Below, one piece after another: positions 9,260 through 17,900 of a DNA stretch of 26,865 bases (the stretch's first letter is position 1; the number at the start of each line of letters is the position of its first letter). A program made the position numbers and the translations under genes. The notes beneath the pieces are model-generated. The model had not been told where the DNA came from. It was given only the letters and a program-made list of their open reading frames with translations, and did not search any database. Origin of the DNA: Planctomycetota bacterium (GTDB taxonomy: Bacteria; Planctomycetota; UBA11346); assembly GCA_038213805.1 (NCBI GenBank), contig JBBQSO010000073.1, forward strand, positions 1 to 26,865, in the 5' to 3' direction.

Positions 9260-9763
9260 TCAGGGTCCCGCACCCGCGGGCACCCGTCGTACGCTGGCAG
9301 CGGTCAAGCTGAACAGGTAGGGGAACAGCTCCCCGGCGAGATCCAGCTCCGCGAGCGCCTTGGGGTCGTTGCCGGCCGCCTCCTCCTGCGCGCGCATGGT
9401 CTTCTCGACCTGGTCGGTATCGGCCGCGGTGAAGTAGCGGTCCTCGGTCTTGCCGCCGCGGGCGATATGGAGTTCGAGCATGACCGCCGTGCCGACCGGC
9501 TTCGCCGCGGGCGCGCGGGCGAGCAGCGCGCTGTGGGACACCAGCACCAGCGCGCGTGCGAGCTGCTCTCCGGTCAGGACGAGGGTCTCCTCGGGGTGCT
9601 CTCCTTCACGAAAGGCGAGCGTGTGGTCGACGAGCCGGAAGGCGGCCTTGCCCTCCTCGATGACGATCGTGAAGCCCGTGATCGCGGGCTCCGCCGCCGC
9701 CAAGGCGTTCAGCGTGGCGAGCAGCACGCAGGTGGCGAGAAGGCGGAGCGTGGTGACGGGCAT
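9260..9763 (-). CDS. Hypothetical exported protein
   Basis: ATG at 9763 gives a signal peptide (MPVTTLRLLATCVLLATLNALAAA); the composition is protein-like; it fills the gap between cobS and ltaE; no motif recognised. Confidence 0.65.
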   Translation of the reverse strand: MPVTTLRLLATCVLLATLNALAAAEPAITGFTIVIEEGKAAFRLVDHTLAFREGEHPEETLVLTGEQLARALVLVSHSALLARAPAAKPVGTAVMLELHIARGGKTEDRYFTAADTDQVEKTMRAQEEAAGNDPKALAELDLAGELFPYLFSLTAASVRRVPAGAGP

Positions 9764-9862
9764 GATGATTCTTCCAGAGTGATCTGGGAACGGTCGCGTC
9801 AGCTTAGGCGCCATGCAGGCCAGATCCAACGCCGCCGGCGCTGGTCCATCCTGCTGCCTGGG

Positions 9863-10606
9863 TCACCCCGCGATCACCACCAGCAGCACCACCGCCTCCA
9901 CCAGCTGGTTTCCCGCTCCGAGCAGATCCCCGCTCTGCCCGCCCAGCCGCCAGCGCAGGTAGAGGCCCCACAGCGCCGTGACGACGACTGCTGCGCCTGC
10001 CGCCGCGCAGGCGTGCGGCAGACCCACCCACCACGCCCCGGCCGTCGCGAGCAGCGCGAATCCGCTCGCCACCACGCCGGGCAGCAGGCGCGCGTCGCTG
10101 CGGATGTCCTTGGACAGTCCCTCGCCCAGCGCCGGCAGCCAGCGCAGCAGCGGCGCTGCGCTCCAGCGCCCCCACGCGGCAGCCAGGGCGAAGAGCGCGA
10201 CCACCTGCAGTGCCGGGCCCGCGGCACAGGCACAGAGCACCGCGAAGCGCAGGGTCAGCAGCACCCACAATACCATCACGCCGTAGGCGCCGACGCGCGA
10301 GTCCTTCATGATTTCCAAAACACGCGCGCGGTCGGTGCCGCCGCCCAGGCCGTCGGCGGCATCGCCGACCGCGTCCTCGTGGAAGCCACCGCTCAGCAGC
10401 AGCCCTCCGGCGATGGCGAGCACGGCGGCCACCGCCGGCGGCCACCAGACGAGCGCGCCCAGGTACAGCCCCGCGAGCGCGGCGCCGAGCAGCGCGCCGA
10501 CCAGCGGAAACCACGCCACCGCGCCCGGCAGGTCGCCGGCCAGCGTGACCGGACCGGGCACTGGGATGCGCGTCAGGAAGCGCAGCGCAGCGCGCAGGCC
10601 GGACAT
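9863..10606 (-). CDS. cobS: Adenosylcobinamide-GDP ribazoletransferase (cobalamin synthase)
   Basis: FLTRIP, FPLVG, GGFHEDAVGDAADGLGG, IMKDSRVGAYG, GGQSGDLLGA; TGATG coupling to cobT. Confidence 0.96.
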   Translation of the reverse strand: MSGLRAALRFLTRIPVPGPVTLAGDLPGAVAWFPLVGALLGAALAGLYLGALVWWPPAVAAVLAIAGGLLLSGGFHEDAVGDAADGLGGGTDRARVLEIMKDSRVGAYGVMVLWVLLTLRFAVLCACAAGPALQVVALFALAAAWGRWSAAPLLRWLPALGEGLSKDIRSDARLLPGVVASGFALLATAGAWWVGLPHACAAAGAAVVVTALWGLYLRWRLGGQSGDLLGAGNQLVEAVVLLVVIAG

Positions 10607-11673
10607 CAGCTGGGCGTGCCGGTGCGCAGCGGCGGCGCGGCCGCGGAACTGACCTGGGCCTCGCCGAAGGTCGCCATGGCATCGAGGGTGCGGCAGGCCG
10701 CGCGCAGCAGGTGCAGCGCCAGCAGTCCGCCGGTGCCCTCGCCCAGGCGCAGCTGCAGGGCAAGCAGCGGTTCGGCGTCGAGCGCGTCAAGCAGCTGGCG
10801 GTGGCCGCGCTCGGCGCTGACGTGGCTCCAGATCAGGAAGGGCTTGAGCGCGGGCTGTAAGTTCAGCGCGGCGAGGGCCGCCGCCGAGCTGATGAAGCCG
10901 TCGACCACCACCGTCACGCGCAGCGCCGCGGCCTGCAGCATCGCCCCGACCATCGCCGCGATCTCCAGACCGCCGAGCGCAGCGAGCGTGGCCTCGGCGT
11001 CGCCGAGCGCGGCGCGGTGGCGCTCCAGGCCCTGGCGCACCACCATGCGCTTGCGCTCCAGGCCGGCCTGGTCAATGCCGGTGCCGCGACCGCAGGCATC
11101 TTCGACGTCGCAGCCCAGGTACGCGACCATCAGCGCCGCGGCGCTAGTGGTGTTGCCGATGCCCATCTCGCCGATCACCAGCACCTGTACGCCGTCGTCG
11201 GCGGCGCGCCGGGCGCGCGCCGCGCCGATCGCCAGGGCGCGCGCGCAGGTCACCGCCGTCATCGCCGGCCCGAGGGTGAAATCCTCGCTGCCCGGCGCGA
11301 GCTTGGCGTCGACCAGCAGGGGGTGCGGCGCAAGGATGCCGGCCACGCCCACATCGATCAGCTCGAACTCGGCGCCGGCCTGGCGCGCGAGCACGTTGGC
11401 CGCACCGCCGCCGGCGCAGAAGTTCGCGCACATCTGCGCGGTGACCGCCGCGGGGTAGGCGCTCACGCCCTGCGCGCTGACGCCGTGGTCGGCGGCGAAG
11501 ATCAGCACCCGCGCGCGCTCGCAGGCCGGCCGCGCGCGCCCCTGCGTCGCCGCCAGCTGCAGGCTCAGCTCCTCGAGCCGGCCGAGCGCGCCCGCCGGCT
11601 TGGTCAGCTGCGCCTGGCGCGCCGCCGCCGCGCTGCGCGCGACGTCATCAAGGGCCGGAATGGGGAAGCGCAT
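10606..11673 (-). CDS. cobT: Nicotinate-nucleotide--dimethylbenzimidazole phosphoribosyltransferase
   Basis: LTKPAGALGRLE, FAADHGV, GVSAYP, GEMGIGNTT, GRGTG, DGFI, SAERGH, LRLGEGTG, MATF. Confidence 0.97.
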   Translation of the reverse strand: MRFPIPALDDVARSAAAARQAQLTKPAGALGRLEELSLQLAATQGRARPACERARVLIFAADHGVSAQGVSAYPAAVTAQMCANFCAGGGAANVLARQAGAEFELIDVGVAGILAPHPLLVDAKLAPGSEDFTLGPAMTAVTCARALAIGAARARRAADDGVQVLVIGEMGIGNTTSAAALMVAYLGCDVEDACGRGTGIDQAGLERKRMVVRQGLERHRAALGDAEATLAALGGLEIAAMVGAMLQAAALRVTVVVDGFISSAAALAALNLQPALKPFLIWSHVSAERGHRQLLDALDAEPLLALQLRLGEGTGGLLALHLLRAACRTLDAMATFGEAQVSSAAAPPLRTGTPS

Positions 11674-11761
11674 GGGGCCGCCGTGACGCAGAGGGGGGGG
11701 ATGATGTTGGAGGATACGGACGACGTTGCGTGAGGGTTGAGGGAAATTTCCGCAGCCGGGA

Positions 11762-12292
11762 TCACTTCAACCACACCGGCAGTCCGCAGCTCACCAGCGC
11801 GACGCGCTGCGCCGCCGCGGCGAGGCGCTGGTTGGCGAAGCCCTGCAGATCACGGAAGCGTCGGCCGAGCGCGTGCTCGGGGACGATGCCGCTGCCGACC
11901 TCGTTGGTGACCAGCGCGAGGTGCAACGGCGGCGCCGCAAGCCAGGCGCACAGCCCGTCGACCGCCGCCAGCAGCGCCGCCTCGTCCCAGTCGTGGTGCA
12001 TGCCGAGATTGGTCAACCACAGCGTGGTGCAGTCGACCAGCACCGTGCGCGTGCCCTGGTGGCTGCACAGGGCCAGCGCCCCGAGCAGATCGCGATCGAC
12101 CTCCAGCGTATCCGCCCAGCCGCACTCGCGCTCATGGCGATGTCGCGCGATGCGCTCCGCCATCTCCGCATCGCCGAGGTCGCGGCAGGTCGCGACGAAC
12201 GTGCGCGGTCCCTCGTGCCCCTCCGCCCACGCCCGCGCGAAGCGCGATTTCCCGGAACGCGCGCCACCGGTGACGAGAAGCGTGGCGACCAT
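11762..12292 (-). CDS. cobU: Bifunctional adenosylcobinamide kinase / cobinamide-phosphate guanylyltransferase
   Basis: GGARSGKS P-loop, EMAERIARH, LVDCTTLWLTN, VTNEVGSGIVP, RRFRDLQG..NQ, GLP. Start at ATG 12292. Confidence 0.96.
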   Translation of the reverse strand: MVATLLVTGGARSGKSRFARAWAEGHEGPRTFVATCRDLGDAEMAERIARHRHERECGWADTLEVDRDLLGALALCSHQGTRTVLVDCTTLWLTNLGMHHDWDEAALLAAVDGLCAWLAAPPLHLALVTNEVGSGIVPEHALGRRFRDLQGFANQRLAAAAQRVALVSCGLPVWLK

Positions 12293-12369
12293 GCGCGCGA
12301 CCCTACCCCCGTGTCCGTTCACGCCAAGTCCAGCGACCAGCCCGATCGCCACGTCGCACCGCGCACGTT

Positions 12370-12426
12370 GCACTCCACACTCCGCACTCCGCACTCCGCA
12401 CCCTTGTACTCCGCGCCCTTGTACTC
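12370..12426 (+). repeat. Degenerate heptamer array (GCACTCC)n
   Basis: GCACTCC ACACTCC GCACTCC GCACTCC GCACCCT, followed by two CCCTTGTACTC variants; lies between cobU and the riboswitch. Confidence 0.85.
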
Positions 12427-12453
12427 GGTGGGCCGACGCATAAACCTCCGCCC

Positions 12454-12624
12454 GTCCAGGTGTCCGTCCCGATGGAAATCGGCGACGGGTGAAAAGGGAA
12501 GCCGGTGCGAATCCGGCGCGGACCCGCCACTGTGACCGGGGACTGGCCAGCGCGACCCACTGCATCCACGGATGCGGGAAGGAGCTGGCCGGGCCGATCC
12601 GGAAGCCAGGAGACCTGCCAGGAC
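12454..12624 (+). promoter_or_regulatory. Cobalamin (AdoCbl) riboswitch
   Basis: Conserved elements AAAAGGGAAgccGGTGcgAATCCggc, cccGCCACTGTga, CCACTG..GGGAAGg and the B12 box AAGCCAGGAGACCTGCC, closed by GTCC/GGAC. Directly upstream of a btuB-like gene. Confidence 0.96.
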
Positions 12625-12812
12625 CTCGCGGCGCGACCCTCGTGGAACGGGGTACGGCCATGGCTGCGCACGCGCGCGCCCCGTCTCCCGGCACAACCGG
12701 TGGTCGGAGCGGCGAGCCTGCGCCGCCTGGTCCCGATCCATGATGGTCCGACGCGTGCGGCCCCGGGCACGTCGCCCGCGGCTCCCATCCTCGGCTCCAG
12801 GATCGGTTCCCC

Positions 12813-14744
12813 ATGCGCCTGCTCTCCACCTCGCTCGCCCTCCTCGCCTGCGCCCCCGCGTTGCTCGCCGAGGACGCAGCCCTTTCGCCATCAGCCATCA
12901 GCCATCAGCCATCAGCCGATGGCCCGCGTACCAGCGAGGCCACCGTCATCGTCACCGCCCAGCGCCAGGAGGAGGACGCCGCGCGCAGCACCGCCAGCAC
13001 CACGACCCTTACCGCCGCCGACCTCCATGATCGCGGCTACGCCACCAGCGTGCACGACTACCTGCGCGGCCTGGCCGGTGTCGACGTTCGCCAGAGCGGT
13101 GCCTACGGCGGCATCGTCGACGTGCAGATCCGCGGCGCGAGCAGCTTCGACACCCAGGTGCTGCTCGATGGCATCCCGTTCAACGATCCCGGCGCCACCC
13201 AGGGCAATCCCGATCTCGCCCTGCTGAATCCCGCCGGCCTCGGCCGCATCGAGGTGGTGAAGGGCGCGCAGAGCGGCTTGTGGGGCAGCCGTGCGGTCGG
13301 CGGCGTGATCAACCTGATCGGCCAGCGCCCCACCGCGACCACCAGCGGCGAGGCGCGCGTCGAGGCCGGTTCCTACGATAACTACCAGACCTCCGCCGCG
13401 CTCAGCGGCCCGCTCGGCGACGGCCTGGGCTTCGCACTCGGCGTCGACGCGCTGACGGTCGGCGGCATCAGCGCCAAGACCGACGACGCGCAGGGCCGCC
13501 CCGGCGACCACGAGCGCGACGGCTTCACCCGCCTGGGTGTCAACGGCCGCCTCGAGGCGCGCGCCGACAGCGGCGCGCTGGGCTATGTCAGCCTCAACGC
13601 GCTGACCGCCACGAGCGAATTCGACGGCATACGCAGCGACTTCAGCGGCGACCCCGACGACGCGCAGTCCCTCCAGCAGGAGCGCATCTGGCGCGGCAGC
13701 GGCGGCGGCGAGGTGCCGCTGGGCGACGGGCTGCGCCTGCTCGGCGACCTCGCGGAGACCGGCATTGACCGGCGCTACCCCAACGAGACCCAGTTCGACC
13801 AGGACTACGCGACCCAGGAGACCTACGCCTCGCTGCGCCTGCGCAGCACGCACCTCGACCACCTCGCCCTGACTCTGGGCGGCGACGGCACCTGGTCGCG
13901 CTTCGCCAGCCGACTGCCCGGCGGCGCCATCGATCTCGACGCGGGCGACCACCTCATCGGCATCTGGGCGCAGGCCCTGCTCACCGCGCGCCGCGCTGAA
14001 TTGTCGCTGGTCGGCCGCCACGACGAACACTCGCGCGACGGCGGCGCCAGCACCTACCGCGTCGCCGGCGCGCTGTTCCCGGTGGTCGACCGCTGCAAGC
14101 TCTTCGCCAGCGTCGCCAGCGCCTTCCGCGCGCCCAGCCTGTTCGAGCTCTACGCGCCGCCGTTCTTCGGCTCGCCCACCGGCAACCCCGACCTGCACGC
14201 CCAGCGCAGCACCAGTTATGAGGCCGGCGCCTCCGTCTTCGTCGACCAGGTCTTCGCCGTGACCGCCACCGCCTTCCGCACCGATTACGACCAGCAGATC
14301 TCCTTCGATTTCACGCAGGGTTACACCAACACGCCCGGTGCGGCGGTGCGCGGCGTCGAGGCCGCCCTGGATGCCGGCGACGCGGCGGCGGGCGCGAGCG
14401 CGCGCCTCGCCTGGACCTGGCAGCAGAGCGAGGATTCCGGCGGAGTGCCGACGGTGTTCGTGCCGACGCAGAAGGCCTCGGCCGGACTGCGCTGGGCGTG
14501 GGCGCAGGCGTGGGTCGGCGGCCGCGTCGACGCCGTCGGCCGACGCACCGACGCCGACCACGCGGAGATGCCCGGTTACGTCCTGCTCGGCGCCGCCGCC
14601 GGTTGGACGGTGCTGCCGCATGCCGAGCTCTACGTGCGCGGCGACAACCTCGCCGGCGCGCACTACGTCGAAGTGCGCGGCTTCGGCACCACGTACTCGA
14701 CCATGGGCCGCAACGGCGCCATCGGCCTGCGCGCCTGGTTCTGA
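12813..14744 (+). CDS. btuB: TonB-dependent cobalamin/corrinoid outer-membrane receptor
   Basis: Signal peptide, TonB-box-like TVIVTA, plug motifs IRG..VLLDG and RIEVVKGAQSGLWGSRAVGGVINLI, FRAPSLFELY, GNPDL, C-terminal Phe; follows a B12 riboswitch. Confidence 0.92.
   Translation: MRLLSTSLALLACAPALLAEDAALSPSAISHQPSADGPRTSEATVIVTAQRQEEDAARSTASTTTLTAADLHDRGYATSVHDYLRGLAGVDVRQSGAYGGIVDVQIRGASSFDTQVLLDGIPFNDPGATQGNPDLALLNPAGLGRIEVVKGAQSGLWGSRAVGGVINLIGQRPTATTSGEARVEAGSYDNYQTSAALSGPLGDGLGFALGVDALTVGGISAKTDDAQGRPGDHERDGFTRLGVNGRLEARADSGALGYVSLNALTATSEFDGIRSDFSGDPDDAQSLQQERIWRGSGGGEVPLGDGLRLLGDLAETGIDRRYPNETQFDQDYATQETYASLRLRSTHLDHLALTLGGDGTWSRFASRLPGGAIDLDAGDHLIGIWAQALLTARRAELSLVGRHDEHSRDGGASTYRVAGALFPVVDRCKLFASVASAFRAPSLFELYAPPFFGSPTGNPDLHAQRSTSYEAGASVFVDQVFAVTATAFRTDYDQQISFDFTQGYTNTPGAAVRGVEAALDAGDAAAGASARLAWTWQQSEDSGGVPTVFVPTQKASAGLRWAWAQAWVGGRVDAVGRRTDADHAEMPGYVLLGAAAGWTVLPHAELYVRGDNLAGAHYVEVRGFGTTYSTMGRNGAIGLRAWF
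12887..12917 (+). repeat. Intragenic heptamer repeat (GCCATCA)x4 + GCC in btuB
   Basis: Exact copies at 12887, 12894, 12901 and 12908; encodes PSAISHQPSA. Confidence 0.92.
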
Positions 14745-14747
14745 GCG

Positions 14748-15773
14748 ATGGCGGCTGGCGTGGCCGGGGGCGGCGCTACGGTCACCGCCGTGCGCTACGC
14801 GATGCTGCTCACCATGCTGCTCGGCCTGCTCGCGCTCGCGCTCGCCGTCGGACTGATCATCGGCCACGCCAGCCTCGCCGACCTGCAGGTGCGCGCGGTG
14901 CTGCTCGACCTGCGTCTGGCGCGCGGCGCCGCGGCGGCCCTGGCCGGCGCCGCGCTCGCGGTCGCCGGCGTGCTCATGCAGGGGCTGTTCCGCAACCCGC
15001 TGGCTAGTTCGTCGGTGCTGGGCGCCGACGCCGGGGCCAGCCTCGGCGGGCAGACCGCGCTGATCGTGCACGGCCTCTGCGCCGCTTCGCTGCCGGCGTG
15101 GATCGTCCCGGAACTGGCCCTGCCGCTCGGCTGCCTGGCCGGCGCGGCGCTCGCCCTCACCGCGCTGGTGCTGCTGGTCGGCCGCACTGCCGGCCTCGCC
15201 ACGCTGCTGTTGATGGGCGTGATCCTCACCACCTTGTGCGGCAGCCTCTCGGCGCTGCTCGTCAGCCTCGCCCAGGATTCGTGGCAGCTCGGCCGCGCGC
15301 TGATCGCCTTCGGCCTGGGCAGCGTCGACGGCAAGGGACTGCGCCACCTCGCCCTCGGGCTGCCGCTGGTTGCTGCCGGCGTGGCCGCGGCATGGTGGTG
15401 GGGACGCGGCCTCGACCTCATGCTGTGCGGCGAGGAGGAGGCCGCCGCGCTCGGCGTCGACACCCGCGCGCTGGCCTTCTGGTCCCTGGCGTGGTGCGCG
15501 GTGCTGACCGGTGCCGCGGTCGCGCTCGGCGGTGGCGTGGCTTTCGTCGGCCTGATCGTGCCGCACGCGCTGCGCCCCTTCGCCGGCAGCGCGCACCGCC
15601 GGCTGATCCCCGCCGCGGCGCTCGGCGGCGCCGCCTTCCTGGTCGCCTGCGACGACCTCGCACGCATCCTGCCGGCGACCGGCGAGGTGCCGCTCGGGGT
15701 CATCACCGGCCTGCTCGGTGCGCCGCTGTTCATGATCATCCTGCTGCGCACTCGCCGCGAGCTGGGCTGGTGA
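14748..15773 (+). CDS. btuC: BtuC/FecCD-family ABC transporter permease
   Basis: MQGLFRNPLA, GEEEAAALGVD (EAA loop), FVGLIVPH, GEVPLGVITGLLGAPLF. Start codon uncertain. Confidence 0.9.
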   Translation: MAAGVAGGGATVTAVRYAMLLTMLLGLLALALAVGLIIGHASLADLQVRAVLLDLRLARGAAAALAGAALAVAGVLMQGLFRNPLASSSVLGADAGASLGGQTALIVHGLCAASLPAWIVPELALPLGCLAGAALALTALVLLVGRTAGLATLLLMGVILTTLCGSLSALLVSLAQDSWQLGRALIAFGLGSVDGKGLRHLALGLPLVAAGVAAAWWWGRGLDLMLCGEEEAAALGVDTRALAFWSLAWCAVLTGAAVALGGGVAFVGLIVPHALRPFAGSAHRRLIPAAALGGAAFLVACDDLARILPATGEVPLGVITGLLGAPLFMIILLRTRRELGW

Positions 15774-16531
15774 GCGCGCACCTCGACATTTCAGGACTCA
15801 CCGTGGTGCGCGGCGGCGTCACGGTCGTCGACGGCGTGTCCTTCGCCGCGCCGGCCGGCGCCGTCACCGCGCTGATCGGCGCGAACGGCGCCGGCAAGTC
15901 GAGTGTGCTCAAGGCCGTGCTCGGCCTGCTGCCGGCGGGCGGCACGGTGCGCTGCGCCGGCGAAGACCTGCGCGCGCTGCCTGCGGCCGCGCGCGCGCAG
16001 CGCCTCGGCTACGTGCCGCAGCGCAGCCTGCTGCACGCCGCGCTCAGCGGCGCCGAAGTGGTGGCGATGGCGCGCTTCGCCCAGCGCGGCGCCCTGGCAC
16101 GCTTCTCCGCCGCCGACCACGCTGCGGTCGCCACCGCCCTCGCGCGCGCCGGCGCCGCGGACTTCGCTGACCGCCGCTTCGACCGCCTGTCATGTGGCGA
16201 GGCGCAGCGCGTGCTCATCGCGCGCGCCCTGGCCGGCGGCGCGCGCGCCATCCTGCTCGACGAGCCGACCGCCGCGCTCGACATCGGCCAGGCGCTCGCG
16301 GTGCTCGCGCTGTTGCGCAGCCTGGCCGCCGAAGGCTGCGCGGTGCTGGCCGTGCTCCACGACCTCGAACAGGTGCGCGCCTGCGCCGACAGTGCGGTGC
16401 TGCTGCAAAACGGCCGCGTGCTCGCATCTGGCGCGACCGCGGCGGTGCTCGCCTCCGGCCCGCTGCGCGCCGCCTTCGCGGTCGATCCCGTGCCCGGTGG
16501 TGCGCTCGGTTTCCGCGCGGTGCCGCCGTGA
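15770..16531 (+). CDS. btuD: ABC transporter ATP-binding subunit (BtuD/FepC-like)
   Basis: GTG start overlapping the btuC stop (GTGA); Walker A GANGAGKS, YVPQ, signature LSCGE, Walker B ILLDEPT, H-loop VLHDL. Confidence 0.9.
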   Translation: MSAHLDISGLTVVRGGVTVVDGVSFAAPAGAVTALIGANGAGKSSVLKAVLGLLPAGGTVRCAGEDLRALPAAARAQRLGYVPQRSLLHAALSGAEVVAMARFAQRGALARFSAADHAAVATALARAGAADFADRRFDRLSCGEAQRVLIARALAGGARAILLDEPTAALDIGQALAVLALLRSLAAEGCAVLAVLHDLEQVRACADSAVLLQNGRVLASGATAAVLASGPLRAAFAVDPVPGGALGFRAVPP

Positions 16532-17466
16532 GGGGCGTGCACGCCTGGAACGCGGTGGCGGTGGCCGCGGCGCTGGCCACCGCCCTGGTCGGCGCGGCGC
16601 TGGCCGTGCCGCCCGCTCCGGCCGCCCGTTCCATCGCGGATCCTGAGGCACCTACCGTGACGGCCGTCGATGCCTCCGGCACCGCTTTGCCGGTGCACGA
16701 CTACCGGCGTATCGCCAGCGCCGGCCTGGCCGCAGATGGACTCCTTGCCGCGCTGGTCGAACCGGGGCGCATCGTCGCCTACAGCAGCTTCAGCATCGGC
16801 GCTGAAAGCTGGCGCTACGCCGGCTACCCGCGCCTGACCGGACTGCAGGACCTCGAGGCGATCGTCGCGCTCCATCCCGACCTGGTGCTGTGCTGCCCAT
16901 ACGGCAACGAGCACGACCGTCTCGCGCGCCTGCGCGCCGCCGGCCTCACCGTCTGCGACTTCGGCGAGCAGGGCGGCGTCGACGACCTGCTGCGCCAGGC
17001 CCGCCTGCTCGGCGCGCTGCTCGGCTGCCCGGCGCGCGCGGAGCGCTTCTGCATGGATTTCACCCGCCGCCTGCAGGCCGTCGCTGGCGATCTGCCGCCG
17101 CAGCGGCCACGCCGGCGCGCGCTGCTGCTCGACGTGGTCGGCGACTACCTCTACGGCGGCACCGTCGGCACCAGCTACCACGACGTGCTGCTCGCCGCCG
17201 GCCTCGCCGATGCGGCCGCAGCGCGCTACCGCAAGTGGCCGCAGTACGCGGTCGAAGAGATCATCGCCCTCGATCCCGACCTGCTCGTCACCGCAACCGG
17301 CAACGCCGCGCGGCTGCGCCGCCTACCCGCGCTCGCCGGCCTGCGCGCCGTGCGCGACCCGGCCGGCATCATCGAGGTCCCCGCTGAGGTGCTCGGCGAT
17401 CCCGGTCCGGCGATGCTCGCCGCCGCCGAGGCGCTGCGCGCAGCGCTGGTAGCCAACGGCCAGTGA
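16528..17466 (+). CDS. btuF: Class III (BtuF-like) ABC substrate-binding protein
   Basis: GTG start overlapping the ATPase stop; N-terminal hydrophobic segment; RRIAS, DLEAIVALHPDLVL, EEIIALDPDLLV, PGP. Confidence 0.82.
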   Translation: MRGVHAWNAVAVAAALATALVGAALAVPPAPAARSIADPEAPTVTAVDASGTALPVHDYRRIASAGLAADGLLAALVEPGRIVAYSSFSIGAESWRYAGYPRLTGLQDLEAIVALHPDLVLCCPYGNEHDRLARLRAAGLTVCDFGEQGGVDDLLRQARLLGALLGCPARAERFCMDFTRRLQAVAGDLPPQRPRRRALLLDVVGDYLYGGTVGTSYHDVLLAAGLADAAAARYRKWPQYAVEEIIALDPDLLVTATGNAARLRRLPALAGLRAVRDPAGIIEVPAEVLGDPGPAMLAAAEALRAALVANGQ

Positions 17467-17488
17467 TCGCCGCGGTGCGGTGATCACT
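17462..17488. terminator. Hairpin between convergent btuF and the yqfB-like gene
   Basis: AGTGATCGCCGC-ggt-GCGGTGATCACT, a 12-bp stem with one G-U pair; no clear U-tract. Confidence 0.4.
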
Positions 17489-17515
17489 CCGGCGCAGGTG
17501 GCAGGAATCTCGCGC

Positions 17516-17860
17516 TCAGCGCCGCCCGCGTCGCAGCGCCAGCGGCCGGTCCAGGAGTTCCTTCAAAACCACCAGCTCGCGCATGGTGCGCGGCTGGCGC
17601 AACAGGCGCGAGATGCGTGCGGCCCCGGTTGCCACCGCGGGCGCGACCGGGGTGGGCGGTGGGCGGCGCGGCGGCTGGCGCGGCGCCGCCGGGGCCGCCG
17701 GCGCGACCACCACGCGCTGCGTCAGCGGTTCGGCGCGCACCTGGCGCTCGCGCACCTGCGGCAGCACCGGCGCCGTCGGCCGCTGGGGCCGCGTCTGCTG
17801 GCTCTTGGCCTCCTCGACCGACTCCTTGACCATGACGATGAGATCTTCGAGGAAGCCCAT
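17516..17860 (-). CDS. Small Pro/Arg-rich hypothetical protein, positional equivalent of YqfB
   Basis: Last gene of the nfeD-floA operon. The C-terminus RELVVLKELLDRPLALR resembles the motif I associate with proteins encoded after yqfA/floA. Confidence 0.7.
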   Translation of the reverse strand: MGFLEDLIVMVKESVEEAKSQQTRPQRPTAPVLPQVRERQVRAEPLTQRVVVAPAAPAAPRQPPRRPPPTPVAPAVATGAARISRLLRQPRTMRELVVLKELLDRPLALRRGRR

Positions 17861-17900
17861 GCCGTGCCCTTTCCGCCGTGCGTGCTGCGCGCGTCCGCGC

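Noticed and set aside
11693..11700. G8 homopolymer upstream of cobT as a phase-variable tract
   Set aside because: It is short, intergenic and unremarkable at this GC content; no evidence of a functional position.
12293..12898. Long N-terminal extension of cobU
   Set aside because: It overlaps the riboswitch, a heptamer array and the btuB start; CobU homology begins at MVATLLVTGGARSGKS.
15098..15769. Upstream extensions of the ABC ATPase ORF, and likewise of btuF (16192) and the short NfeD (20171)
   Set aside because: They overlap the preceding genes out of frame; coupled GTGA or TGATG starts give normal-sized proteins, so no frameshift or fusion is needed.
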